From contig JBFMAF010000053.1 of the NCBI GenBank assembly GCA_040755995.1, positions 1 to 36,700 on the forward strand: a stretch of DNA of 36,700 nt, given 5' to 3'. This DNA comes from Acidobacteriota bacterium (lineage in GTDB: Bacteria > Acidobacteriota > CAIWXX01). How positions within the stretch are numbered: position 1 is the first letter of the stretch; the number at the start of each line of letters is the position of its first letter. The translations under genes were made by a program, and so were the position numbers. The notes under the pieces are model-generated. The model made no database searches and was not told where the DNA came from. It saw only the letters and a program-made list of their open reading frames with translations. Positions 8,064-17,262 of this stretch are shown here, in pieces.

Positions 8064-9260
8064 ATGAAGCCCATCATCAGAAGAGTCATCGTCAAACGAT
8101 TTAGGAGTTTCCCGTCGGATGTGGTCGAGTTCGATAACCCCACCTTCTTGGTGGGACGAAATGGCGCCGGCAAGAGCAACTTCGCTGACATGTTCAGTTT
8201 TGTAGCCGAGGCCATGTCTTCCCCATTGCAGGCGGTCTTTGACAGACGAGGGGGCATTTCCACCGTTCGCAACCGGAGTTCCGCACGTAGCTATCCGCCG
8301 AATCTGGGATTGGGGTTTGAGTTCGGCGCAATGAACGCTGAAATCGAAGGCGGGCGTTTTGCCTTCGAGATCAAGGCGCTGCCCGGGTATGGGTTCGAAG
8401 TAGTCCGAGAGCAGTGTCTGGTTCGATATGGCAATGGCAAGCGGTGGTGGTTCGACCGCCGCAAGGAGTTTCAATCAAACGCGCAGGGACTCAAACCCGC
8501 CGTGGAGCCCTCGGCATTGTCCCTTCCCGTCATCGGCGGCGATGCTCGCTTTGCGCCGCTCCTGAAGGCCCTGAGCGGGATGCGCGTGTATCTGATCGAA
8601 CCTACCAAACTGCGTGAGATGCAGGACCCCGACAGCGGGGCAACTCTGAGAAGGGATGGAGCGAATGCAGCAAGTGTTCTCCAGGAGATTGGCCGGAGTG
8701 CTCCAGAGACCAAGACGAGGGTGGAGGAGATCCTGGAGTCTATTGTGCCAAGTACGACTTCGGTCAAGCCCAAGAAACATGGAAACAAGCTGTCACTGGA
8801 ATTCGCACAGGAATGGGGACCCAGGAAGAGGCTGTTGTTTGAAGCCTTCAACATGTCTGATGGAACACTGAGAGCATTGGGTCTGCTGATGGCCGTATTC
8901 CAGAGTCCTCCACCGTCCGTTCTCGTGATCGAAGAACCTGAGGCAACCATCCATCCCGGCGCTCTGGGAGCAGTCCTCGATCTGCTCCAGCATGCCAGCC
9001 GATCGATGCAGGTGGTTGCAACGACGCACAGCCCTGAGCTGCTGGATGCACAATGGATCGAGGATCACCATCTCCGAATCGTGGTGTGGCAGGAAGGAGC
9101 ATCCCACGTGTTGCCGCCTGACGAAGCGTCGCGAAAGGCTATGACCCAGCACCTCATGGGCGCGGGTGAGTTGATACGATCTAATGCAATGCATCCTGCT
9201 CAGCTCTTCAAGGAGACACTGGAGCTCCAAGTCCGGGATCTGTTCGAGGACCTGGAATGA
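8064..9260 (+). CDS. ABC-type ATPase (AAA_21/AAA_15 family)
   Basis: Walker A GRNGAGKSN, signature MSDGT, Walker B VIEEPE, IHPG, and H-loop TTHSP. Confidence 0.9.
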   Translation: MKPIIRRVIVKRFRSFPSDVVEFDNPTFLVGRNGAGKSNFADMFSFVAEAMSSPLQAVFDRRGGISTVRNRSSARSYPPNLGLGFEFGAMNAEIEGGRFAFEIKALPGYGFEVVREQCLVRYGNGKRWWFDRRKEFQSNAQGLKPAVEPSALSLPVIGGDARFAPLLKALSGMRVYLIEPTKLREMQDPDSGATLRRDGANAASVLQEIGRSAPETKTRVEEILESIVPSTTSVKPKKHGNKLSLEFAQEWGPRKRLLFEAFNMSDGTLRALGLLMAVFQSPPPSVLVIEEPEATIHPGALGAVLDLLQHASRSMQVVATTHSPELLDAQWIEDHHLRIVVWQEGASHVLPPDEASRKAMTQHLMGAGELIRSNAMHPAQLFKETLELQVRDLFEDLE

Positions 9261-9886
9261 AGATCCAGCCAGTCGTAGAAGGCTACGGCGATGTGGACGC
9301 AGTACCCGTGCTAGTGCGTCGCCTGCTGGCCGAAGCAGGCGTCTATGAGATTGACGTCGGGCGGCCCATCCGGAGGAAGATCTCCGAGCTGCACACACAG
9401 ACAGGGATACAGCGAGCCGTGCAGCTTGCGATGTTACAACCAGGGTGCTCCGCCGTGCTGTTCCTCTTTGATTCTGAGGACAGCTGCCCGAGGGAGTTGG
9501 CCCCGGTGATCCTCGGATGGGCCAGGCAGGCCGCAGCTGCAACGCCGTGCTGCGTTGTTCTCGCGTATCGTGAGTACGAAACATGGTTTCTTGCGTCCAT
9601 CGAGTCGTTGAGAGGCAAGTGCGGCATCCGGAATGACGCGGAGTTCATGTCGAACTTCGAGAGCCGTCGAGGCGCAAAGGAAGCTCTGGAGGGATACATG
9701 CCGAAGAGTAGGTCGTACCATGAAACCACTGACCAGGCCAGACTGACTGCGGCGTTCGACATGATGCTGGCATACGGCCGGTCCCGTTCCTTTCGGAAGA
9801 TGGTCAAGAGCGTTGGCGATGTGCTGACAGTATTGGGCGCTACCTGTGCGCCATGGCCACCGCTCAAGTGGACGCAGGGTGCATAA
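9257..9886 (+). CDS. DUF4276-family (TOPRIM-like) protein
   Basis: VVEGYGD, LFDSED..P, EYETWFLAS, Y.ETTDQ and RSRSFRK motifs. ATGA overlap with the ATPase gene. Confidence 0.8.
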   Translation: MKIQPVVEGYGDVDAVPVLVRRLLAEAGVYEIDVGRPIRRKISELHTQTGIQRAVQLAMLQPGCSAVLFLFDSEDSCPRELAPVILGWARQAAAATPCCVVLAYREYETWFLASIESLRGKCGIRNDAEFMSNFESRRGAKEALEGYMPKSRSYHETTDQARLTAAFDMMLAYGRSRSFRKMVKSVGDVLTVLGATCAPWPPLKWTQGA

Positions 9887-10105
9887 GATGGAACCAGAGC
9901 TGTCGTGGGCACAATCGAATGGCCTGCTGTGCACGAGGGGAAGGTGTCATATGTCCGATCATGAAACCATCGTGGTCGTCCGGGAGCCGAAGTCAAAGGC
10001 GGACAAGGATTCGGCCAGTGGAGCAAGTACGGTGTATCCAAGTGTCCGTGAAGGAGTCAGATTCGTGCGCGCCGTGTTCTTTGTCGTCCCAAGGGGGGCT
10101 GAACG

Positions 10106-10423
10106 GTGATAGACGCGAACCTGTTGCAGGAAATAGTCAACCGCATTCTGACTGTCAGTAAGCCGGACAGGATCATCCTCTTCGGTTCCTCGGCCACCGG
10201 ACGGGCCGCACCAGACAGTGATATCGACTTGCTCATTCTCGAGCGCGAGGTGGCGAATCCTCGGGAGGCCTCACTGACAATCCGGGACGCTCTCCGCGGG
10301 CTGCGCACGCCCTTCGATGTAGTGGTGATGAGCACGGGAAGATACGATGAGACCAAACATGTGGTCGGCGGAATCGCCTATCCGGCCAACAAGTACGGGA
10401 AGGTTCTCTATGAAGTCGCCTGA
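10106..10423 (+). CDS. Minimal nucleotidyltransferase (MNT) antitoxin
   Basis: ILFGSSATGRAAPDSDIDLL (GS-x10-DxD), 105 aa, ending GKVLYE. Confidence 0.9.
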   Translation: MIDANLLQEIVNRILTVSKPDRIILFGSSATGRAAPDSDIDLLILEREVANPREASLTIRDALRGLRTPFDVVVMSTGRYDETKHVVGGIAYPANKYGKVLYEVA

Positions 10424-10832
10424 AGAAGTGAAGAGGGAGTTTGTCAATCAATGGCTCGGGAAAGCGGATGCTGACCTGAGGGCGAGTCGGCACCCCTTGG
10501 CGGGCGGCGAGGCGTACGCTGCCGGGGCGGCATTCCACGCGCAGCAGGCGGCTGAGAAATACCTGAAATCCTTGCTGGTCTGGTGTCAGGTGGAATTCTC
10601 GAAGACACACGACATCGGAGAGCTCCTTGACCTGATCGCTCGTTTCGATGAGGAGCTTTCCAAGGAACTGCAGGCGGCTACGGCGCTGACTCCGTATGCA
10701 GTCGAATTGCGCTATCCGCACGAAATGCCCGAACCGTCACTCGATCAGGCAAGGGAAGCCGTGGCGTTGGCAGAGGAGGTCCGAGTGGGCGTTCTGGAAG
10801 CTTTGCCCCTGGAGTTTGCCGGAGGACTGTAG
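10410..10832 (+). CDS. HEPN-domain protein (partner of MNT)
   Basis: WL.KA..DL, FHAQQAAEKYLK, KTHDI..L and ELRYP. The likely ATG at 10410 overlaps the MNT 3' end. Confidence 0.9.
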   Translation: MKSPEEVKREFVNQWLGKADADLRASRHPLAGGEAYAAGAAFHAQQAAEKYLKSLLVWCQVEFSKTHDIGELLDLIARFDEELSKELQAATALTPYAVELRYPHEMPEPSLDQAREAVALAEEVRVGVLEALPLEFAGGL

Positions 10833-10833
10833 C

Positions 10834-13605
10834 ATGGAATACTGGTACAAGGTCGCCACACCGCGCAAGGAAGTGCGCGAGGGCAGGTCATTCAACCCCG
10901 ACGAGTTCGCCATTCACATGGAGCAGGTGGTCGCCAGAACAGCCCCGGAGGACTACCGGGAGCCCAAGAAGTTCTTCGATCGCACCTGCTTCACACGGGC
11001 GCTCCGCGAGCACGCCGGCATGGTGCTGCGGCGCCTTGCCGGTGAAACGGTCAACACGGCCCCCGTGATGACGCTCATCACCCAGTTCGGAGGCGGGAAG
11101 ACCCACACGCTCACGGCACTCTACCACCTTGTGACAAACGGGGCGAAGGCATCCGAGTACTCGGGCGTCGGAGATCTCCTCAAGGAGTCGGGGCTCAAGG
11201 CCGTGCCGGCTGGCAGAGTCGCCGTGTTTGTGGGGAACGCCTGGGATCCCCGTGAAGGACGGGAAACTCCTTGGATCGACGTCGCTCGGCAGCTGGCCGG
11301 AGAGAAGGGTGCAGAGGAGCTAGGCTCGGCGGCCAGAACCACGCCGCCGGGCACCGAGGCCCTCGGGCGCATATTCGCCGCCGCGGGCGCGCCGGCTTTG
11401 CTGCTCTTCGACGAGGTGCTGAATTTCATGAACCGCCACAGGGGAATGGCCGAGCAGTTCCACGCCTTTCTCCAGAACCTGACCGTGGCCACGACAGGCA
11501 CCACGCGCGGTGCGGCGGTCATCAGCCTGCCCCGAAGCCAGGTGGAAATGACCGATTGGGACATGCAGTGGCAAGACCGGATCATGAAGGTCGTGCGGCG
11601 CGTAGCCAAGGATCTCATCGCAAACGACGAAACGGAGATCAGCGAAGTCGTCCGCCGCAGGCTCTTCGAGAAAATAGGCACCGACCGGACGCGAAAGAAC
11701 GTCGCCAAGATCTATGCCGATTGGTGTTTCGACCACCGCGCGGAGCTTCCGCCCGATTGGACCGCCGCGACCACAGAGGCCAAGTCCAGGGAGTTTCTCC
11801 GAGGCCGCTTCGAGGTCTGCTATCCGTTCCACCCTGCCACGCTTTCGGTGTTTCAGAGGAAGTGGCAGGCGCTTCCCCAGTACCAGCAGACGCGTGGCAC
11901 CCTCGCGATGCTCGCGCAGTGGATTTCCTGGGCCTATCGGACCGGCTTCACGGAGGCTCGGCCGGAGCCGCTGATCACGCTCGGGTCGGCACCGCTGGAA
12001 GTGCCGGAGTTCCGGAGTGTGGTGCTGGGGCAGCTTGGGGAGGCGCGTCTTGTGGCTGCGATCGAGACCGACATCGCCGGGCAGCAGTCCCACGCCCGGA
12101 CCCTCGACACGGATGCCAAGGGTCCGTTGAGAAGCATCCACCGGCGGGTGGGAACCGCGATCTTGTTCGAGTCATCGGGCGGCCAGGTCGACAAGGTGGC
12201 TCATTTGCCGGAGCTTCGATTCGCCGTCGGCGGACCCGCCGTCGATACTACATCCGTAGATAACGCGGCGTTCGCCCTGGAGAGCAAGTCTTACTACTTC
12301 AGGCGAGTCGGAACCGACGGGTTCAAGATCAATCACAAAGCCACCCTCAAGAAGGTGATGAACGACCGCCGGGCGTCTCTGGACTTGGAGACCGAAATCA
12401 AGCCGGCCATGCGGAAGATAATCGACGAGGAATACAGGCGCGGGGCTGGCGTGCCGGTCGTCTCGTTCCCCGAAGATGGTGCGGCGGTGCCGGACACACC
12501 CAGGCTCACACTGGTCGTCATGGATCCGGCCCACGAGTGGACAGGCGGGACTTCGCTCCGCAAGCAGATCGCAGAGTGGATGCGGCTCCGCGGCGAGTCG
12601 TCGAGGCTCTATCCGGCGTCTCTCGTGTGGTGTTTGAAGAAGCCCGGCAGGGATCTGTGCGAAGGAGTCGAGACGTGGCTTGCATGGAGGCGGGTCGCGA
12701 AAGAGCTCGACGACCAGCAGAAGAAGAAGAAAGGTCGGGACAAGGAGACGCAGGAATCGGGCATCGAGGATGCCGACCCAAGCGAGGTCGCGGTGCAACT
12801 GAAGCTGGCATCGGAGTCCACAAAGGAAGAGGTCTGGGGCGGATACCGGTTCGCGGTCATTGCCGACCCGGACGAGGCTGAGGGGGTCAAGGTCATAGAC
12901 CTCGGAGCGGGACACTCTTCGAGCGGAGAAACGCTCTGCGGGAGGGTCATCGCCGCGCTGCGGTCGCAGGCCATACTGAATGAATCCGTCGGCTCCGGCT
13001 ACCTCGAACGCAACTGGCCGCCTGCGTTCAAGGGAGCCGGCGCGTGGCCGTTGGAGAGTCTCCGTCGCAGCTTCCTGAACGGCTCCCTGACCCGCTTGCT
13101 CGACCCGGATACAACCTTGCGCGGGAAGATAGTGGAGTTTGTGAACCGGGGCGAGCTCGGGCTCGCATCGGGGCGGAAGGCTGACGGCACCTACGAACGC
13201 GTGTGGCACCAGGAACTGATCGGGGCCGAGGAAGTTGAGTTCGATCCGGACGTCTTCCTCCTCACCAAGGCAACCGCGCGCGCCCTGAAGCGAGCGGAAA
13301 CGCCGGAGAGCGCGCCCGTGTTTCCTCCGCCGCCGGTGCCGGAAGTCCGGCCCGGGCCACCTCTGGAGCTCGAACCCGCAGCGTCCGTCACCACGCGGAC
13401 ATTCCATATCAGCGGCAAGGTGCCGCCGGAACTCTGGAACCGGCTCGGGACGAGAATCCTGCCGAAGCTCCGATCGGGCACGGATCTGCAGGTGGGCGTC
13501 GATTTCTCAGTCAGCGTGACGAGCGACATTGCGAAGGCGTTCGAAGCGGATCTCCGGCAGATCCTCGACGATCTGGGGCTCTCGGATAAGGTGCAGGTGG
13601 ATTGA
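10834..13605 (+). CDS. DUF499-family AAA+ ATPase (BrxC/PglY-related)
   Basis: N-terminus MEYWYKVATPR.EV.EG...EFA, Walker A FGGGKTH, Walker B LLLFDE, VVRRRLF, YPFHP and QQTRGTL. The ATG is 1 nt after the HEPN stop. Confidence 0.92.
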   Translation: MEYWYKVATPRKEVREGRSFNPDEFAIHMEQVVARTAPEDYREPKKFFDRTCFTRALREHAGMVLRRLAGETVNTAPVMTLITQFGGGKTHTLTALYHLVTNGAKASEYSGVGDLLKESGLKAVPAGRVAVFVGNAWDPREGRETPWIDVARQLAGEKGAEELGSAARTTPPGTEALGRIFAAAGAPALLLFDEVLNFMNRHRGMAEQFHAFLQNLTVATTGTTRGAAVISLPRSQVEMTDWDMQWQDRIMKVVRRVAKDLIANDETEISEVVRRRLFEKIGTDRTRKNVAKIYADWCFDHRAELPPDWTAATTEAKSREFLRGRFEVCYPFHPATLSVFQRKWQALPQYQQTRGTLAMLAQWISWAYRTGFTEARPEPLITLGSAPLEVPEFRSVVLGQLGEARLVAAIETDIAGQQSHARTLDTDAKGPLRSIHRRVGTAILFESSGGQVDKVAHLPELRFAVGGPAVDTTSVDNAAFALESKSYYFRRVGTDGFKINHKATLKKVMNDRRASLDLETEIKPAMRKIIDEEYRRGAGVPVVSFPEDGAAVPDTPRLTLVVMDPAHEWTGGTSLRKQIAEWMRLRGESSRLYPASLVWCLKKPGRDLCEGVETWLAWRRVAKELDDQQKKKKGRDKETQESGIEDADPSEVAVQLKLASESTKEEVWGGYRFAVIADPDEAEGVKVIDLGAGHSSSGETLCGRVIAALRSQAILNESVGSGYLERNWPPAFKGAGAWPLESLRRSFLNGSLTRLLDPDTTLRGKIVEFVNRGELGLASGRKADGTYERVWHQELIGAEEVEFDPDVFLLTKATARALKRAETPESAPVFPPPPVPEVRPGPPLELEPAASVTTRTFHISGKVPPELWNRLGTRILPKLRSGTDLQVGVDFSVSVTSDIAKAFEADLRQILDDLGLSDKVQVD

Positions 13606-13644
13606 GGCTCAGCTTTCGTACGTCTCCCTGATCGGTATGCTACG

Positions 13645-15213
13645 ATGGATGGCATGGGTGGAGCGCGTCTCTTCACACTGGTCCTGAGTCTCGCCTCTGC
13701 GTGTGCCGCCCGTCCCGCCGGGGCGACCGAGCCGTGGATCATCACGTCGCCGGTGAAGGTCACGACGCCGTTGGAAGTCGGGCACGTGATCATCGCCGAC
13801 GGTGGATACCTGGAAGTGAGTCGGGTGCCGGAGCCCGGATTCAGGGTCAGCGGCAATCTGATCTGCCTGGGAACGGGGCGCGCATACCTGCACGACTCGG
13901 TTGCGCAGGTGATGAGCACCTACCACGGCCAGTTCGCCACTGGCGCGATGGAACAGGGGACGATGACGATCGCCCGGTGCGACTATAGGGTTCCAAGTGG
14001 CGTGCAGCATGCACTCATCGCAGGCGGCACTGCCCGGGTCAGCATTCGCGACACTGACTTCGCCTTCGTGCAGCTTGCAACGGCGCAGCAGGGTACGCTC
14101 TCCGCTTCAGGGCTGAATGGCCAGTTTGAGGTCGTGGTCATGGATGAATCTCGTGTGGTTCTGGCCGACATCCCACGCGAATCGGGCAAGGGTGGACTGT
14201 GGGTCTGGCCGGAATTCCCGCGCGGCAGCAAGGCTATCTACACGCCGCCACTCCCGGGACTTGTCGAGAAGTTCACCTTCCCGCCTCCTGGCTCCGAGGG
14301 GATCGAGCAGCGCATCTCGCTCACGCGGTGCAGCGTCAAGCTCTGGCCGATGCTCGTGCGCGACCGCTGCGACCTGACGCTGCGCGACATCCCGGAGGAC
14401 AACTGGGTGGTTGTCGGTTTCCACATGCCGAACTCGTCAAACATCAGCGGATTGCGCAACGGGACCTATGTGGCAGACGGCGAGGTGCCGCTCAAGGATC
14501 GTACTGTCCGGCTTGAGCGAGCAAGCATAGATACATTCAACCTGTATCCGCAGAAGGGCGCACGGGTCGTCGTGGAGGATTCGACCGTCGGCGAGATACT
14601 TGCGATGGATCGGTGCGATGTCGTGCTGCGGCGCGTGGTGATCGACGGGAGCGGCGGGTACTTCGGCGCCGAGGGGACCTCCTCGGTCAGCGCCGAAGAC
14701 AGCAGGTTCACCTGCGACGTCCAGGCGAGCGACAAGGCAACGATGATCCTCCGAAGGTGCAAGCTGCTTCCCTACCCGCTCGATCCCACCGGCGCCTACA
14801 CCCGTTGCGGTGCCTTCGACACTGCTAGAATACTCCTCGATGCGACCACCTTGAAGACCACGCCGGCGCTCGGCGGCCAGGGACTGATCGCAGCCAGCTG
14901 GATCGCAAACCTCCCGGCGCATCCGCCCGCGCAAGGCGAGGTGGTGCAGTTGTCCGGGACGGCAGCGCAGTATTCGCTGAGCGGCTCCGTCGCGCCAGGC
15001 CGCTGGCGGCTCGATACCGTCAAGATGGCTGACGGATCCCGGATCACACTCGGTCGGGGCGATGGCGACATCACCGATGCGCTACTGGGCAGCTGGTCGG
15101 ACGCCGATCCATCCTCAGACTACGAGCTTCGCGTCGTCTTGACCGACGGCCTGAACCGCAAGCTCGTCGGACGATACTTGGTCCCGCGGGGTACGCGGAT
15201 CGCGGTGCAATAG
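13645..15213 (+). CDS. Secreted hypothetical protein, beta-rich (possible beta-helix)
   Basis: 522-aa ORF with GC-rich codon usage, signal-peptide-like N-terminus (RLFTLVLSLASACAA) and repeated short beta-strand patterns. Confidence 0.65.
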   Translation: MDGMGGARLFTLVLSLASACAARPAGATEPWIITSPVKVTTPLEVGHVIIADGGYLEVSRVPEPGFRVSGNLICLGTGRAYLHDSVAQVMSTYHGQFATGAMEQGTMTIARCDYRVPSGVQHALIAGGTARVSIRDTDFAFVQLATAQQGTLSASGLNGQFEVVVMDESRVVLADIPRESGKGGLWVWPEFPRGSKAIYTPPLPGLVEKFTFPPPGSEGIEQRISLTRCSVKLWPMLVRDRCDLTLRDIPEDNWVVVGFHMPNSSNISGLRNGTYVADGEVPLKDRTVRLERASIDTFNLYPQKGARVVVEDSTVGEILAMDRCDVVLRRVVIDGSGGYFGAEGTSSVSAEDSRFTCDVQASDKATMILRRCKLLPYPLDPTGAYTRCGAFDTARILLDATTLKTTPALGGQGLIAASWIANLPAHPPAQGEVVQLSGTAAQYSLSGSVAPGRWRLDTVKMADGSRITLGRGDGDITDALLGSWSDADPSSDYELRVVLTDGLNRKLVGRYLVPRGTRIAVQ

Positions 15214-15237
15214 GGACACTGCGCGCATTACCCTTTA
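15210..15237 (+). repeat. Degenerate REP copy upstream of RAYT
   Basis: ATAGGGACACTGCGCGCATTACCCTTTA matches the 28-nt REP at 19 of 28 positions (hand count). Its TAG is the stop codon of the upstream gene. Confidence 0.55.
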
Positions 15238-15242
15238 GTGAG

Positions 15243-15764
15243 ATGATGCGTCGCCATCGTCGTTCGATCCGCCTCAGGGGACATGACTACGCCCAGGCGG
15301 GGGCGTATTTCGTGACGATCTGTACGCATGAACGTCGGTGCATCTTCGGCGCAGTGATAGACGGAGAAATGCGGTTAAACAGGATGGGAACGATCGTTGC
15401 GGAGGAGTGGGTGAAAACACCGCAATTGCGGCCAAACGTAGGATTGGACGCGTGGGTGATCATGCCCAATCAGATCCACGGAATTGTCCTGATTTCCGAT
15501 GGTAGGGGCACGGCGCGCCGTGCCCCTACGATGGAACGATTCGGAGCGCCCGTGGTGGGTTCATTGCCGACCGTTGTGCGCGCGTTCAAATCTGCCACGA
15601 CGAAACGCATCAACGATCTCCGCTGCACACCCGCCACCACGGTCTGGCAACGGAATTATTACGAACACGTGATTCGAGACGAAGGTGACCTCATGCGAGC
15701 CCGGTGGTACATCGCCGGAAACCCCGCGAAGTGGGTGCAGGACGAACACCATACCCCAGAGTGA
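15243..15764 (+). mobile_element. REP-associated tyrosine transposase (RAYT, Y1/HUH family)
   Basis: RRSIRL.G.DY...GAYFVTICT, VIMPNQIHGI (HUH position), FKS, WQRNYYEHVIR and YI..NP.KW. Confidence 0.9.
15502..15529. repeat. Perfect 28-bp REP palindrome inside the RAYT gene
   Basis: GTAGGGGCACGGCG|CGCCGTGCCCCTAC is its own reverse complement and has GTAG ends. Confidence 0.9.
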
Positions 15765-15780
15765 CATCGTGACGACCCTC

Positions 15781-15799
15781 GTAGGCCGGCCCGGCCTAC
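15781..15799. repeat. Short GTAG-ended palindrome downstream of RAYT (REP-like; may also act as a terminator)
   Basis: GTAGGCCG-GCC-CGGCCTAC. Its CTA supplies the stop codon of the convergent gene. Confidence 0.6.
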
Positions 15800-16998
15800 G
15801 CCGCCGGGCGCCAAGGTGATCGCTGATGGGGCGCAAGTGGCCGGTTGGTCTCGCCGGAGGCGAGCCGCTCTTCGTAGGTCTCGGTCAGGAGCTTGAGGCG
15901 GCGCAGCATCTCGGTGGACATCACTTCATCCATGAGCAGGCCGATCCAACGGGCGATCGCGGCCCTGAAGCCGGTGCGGGGAAGGCCGAAGGTAATGCGG
16001 AAGTGGAGTCGCGTCGAATTGTCAGACTCGGGATCGACCCGAAAAGTCATCGCCACCGGCGTCTTCATGCCGAAGAAGCTAGGCTCGTCGTACCAGACCA
16101 GCTCCGCACCCCTGTCCACGTGGCGTATGGTACCGATATCTTTGTTCCAGTCTCCAACCTTCGGCTCCGGCACGTCGCAGAGGTAGTCGGCGTGCCGATG
16201 GCCGGGATTATCCAGGAAGTCCCACGAGTAGTAAGCCGCGCCTCTTCCGAACTGCGCGACCCAGGGCCACACCTTCTCCGGTCGCCGGTCGATTGTGATG
16301 GCGCGGTGGGCGTGGATTCCGCCTTCGACCATCTCATCTCCCGTCATCTTGCGGGCGAATTCCTCCGGGCGAGTGTTCCAACTCATCCTCTTGAAGATCC
16401 ATACACGCGGAATGGTTCGGAGCACCTGGCCGGCGCAGATGAGGAGCCCTTCCAGGAAGAAGCGCTCGAGACCATCTTGTTTCCGGCGAAGCATGTGACT
16501 GTGGGTGCAGGCGACGGCAAAACGGTCGGCGTTGGCCGCCAGCCCCCAGAGGGTCAGCAGGCACGGCCCCAAACCCACTACCGCGAACGCCCCAACGATT
16601 CCGGCGTAGTCACTCCATTGCCCCATCCCGCCCCGAAAGACCAGCCCATAGCGCTGGGCAGTGTATGTCATGAACATGTACACCCAGCAAATCGCGGACA
16701 TCATGCCTGCGACCTGGCCCCATCGGCGGCGGAACAGCACGCCGGCAAGCCCGGCGGCCATGAGGGGCATGACCAGCAACGCGTCGGCCACGCAGACCCC
16801 CCACTCTACGTGCGCCAGCACGCGCTGAACGATGTCTGCAGACTCTGGGTCGTTCTCCTGCAGCTGCAGGCGCAGCGCCAGGCCCCAGTCGAGCAGCGAG
16901 ACTACCTGCATACCCCCTCCCACCAGAAAGCAAAACAGCATGCAGCAGAGGGCGATCCAGATACCCAATGGATGACGGCCGACAGGGCGTCTCATCAC
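15796..16998 (-). CDS. Membrane protein fused to a C-terminal SRPBCC/START-like domain
   Basis: About four hydrophobic helices in the N-half, then RAITIDRRPEKVWPWVAQFG.GAAYYSWDFLDN and STRL, typical of SRPBCC proteins. Confidence 0.7.
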   Translation of the reverse strand: MMRRPVGRHPLGIWIALCCMLFCFLVGGGMQVVSLLDWGLALRLQLQENDPESADIVQRVLAHVEWGVCVADALLVMPLMAAGLAGVLFRRRWGQVAGMMSAICWVYMFMTYTAQRYGLVFRGGMGQWSDYAGIVGAFAVVGLGPCLLTLWGLAANADRFAVACTHSHMLRRKQDGLERFFLEGLLICAGQVLRTIPRVWIFKRMSWNTRPEEFARKMTGDEMVEGGIHAHRAITIDRRPEKVWPWVAQFGRGAAYYSWDFLDNPGHRHADYLCDVPEPKVGDWNKDIGTIRHVDRGAELVWYDEPSFFGMKTPVAMTFRVDPESDNSTRLHFRITFGLPRTGFRAAIARWIGLLMDEVMSTEMLRRLKLLTETYEERLASGETNRPLAPHQRSPWRPAA

Positions 16999-17262
16999 AG
17001 TTTGTTCATCCCTTCACGAAGATCTTCTTCAAGGGCAATGTCACACAGATCCGGTTCGATTATGGGGACACCGTATCGCCCGGCAGGCTGGCTGTCAAGA
17101 CCCAGGGCAGCGCCTGCGTACAACCCTCAATGGCAGGGGGCGTGTGCATCTCGTCCCGCTGGAGGAGCGGCCAGGCAAGCCTGCCGGGCGTTCGTCCCAA
17201 CCCGATTGCCTCTGGCGGCCGGTGGTGTCACGATTCGCGCATGAATACGAAAGGAGCAGAGT

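Noticed and set aside
9887..10105. Small ORF MSDHETIVVVREPK... with an RBS-like sequence
   Set aside because: Short, with no recognisable family; the VREG similarity to the DUF499 N-terminus is too weak to call.
10696..10833. N-terminal extension of the DUF499 ORF in the ORF track
   Set aside because: It overlaps the HEPN gene; the family-typical start with an RBS is at 10834.
15826..17244. 472-aa plus-strand ORF
   Set aside because: Antisense to the membrane/SRPBCC gene, which has recognisable motifs; its composition is typical of a shadow frame.
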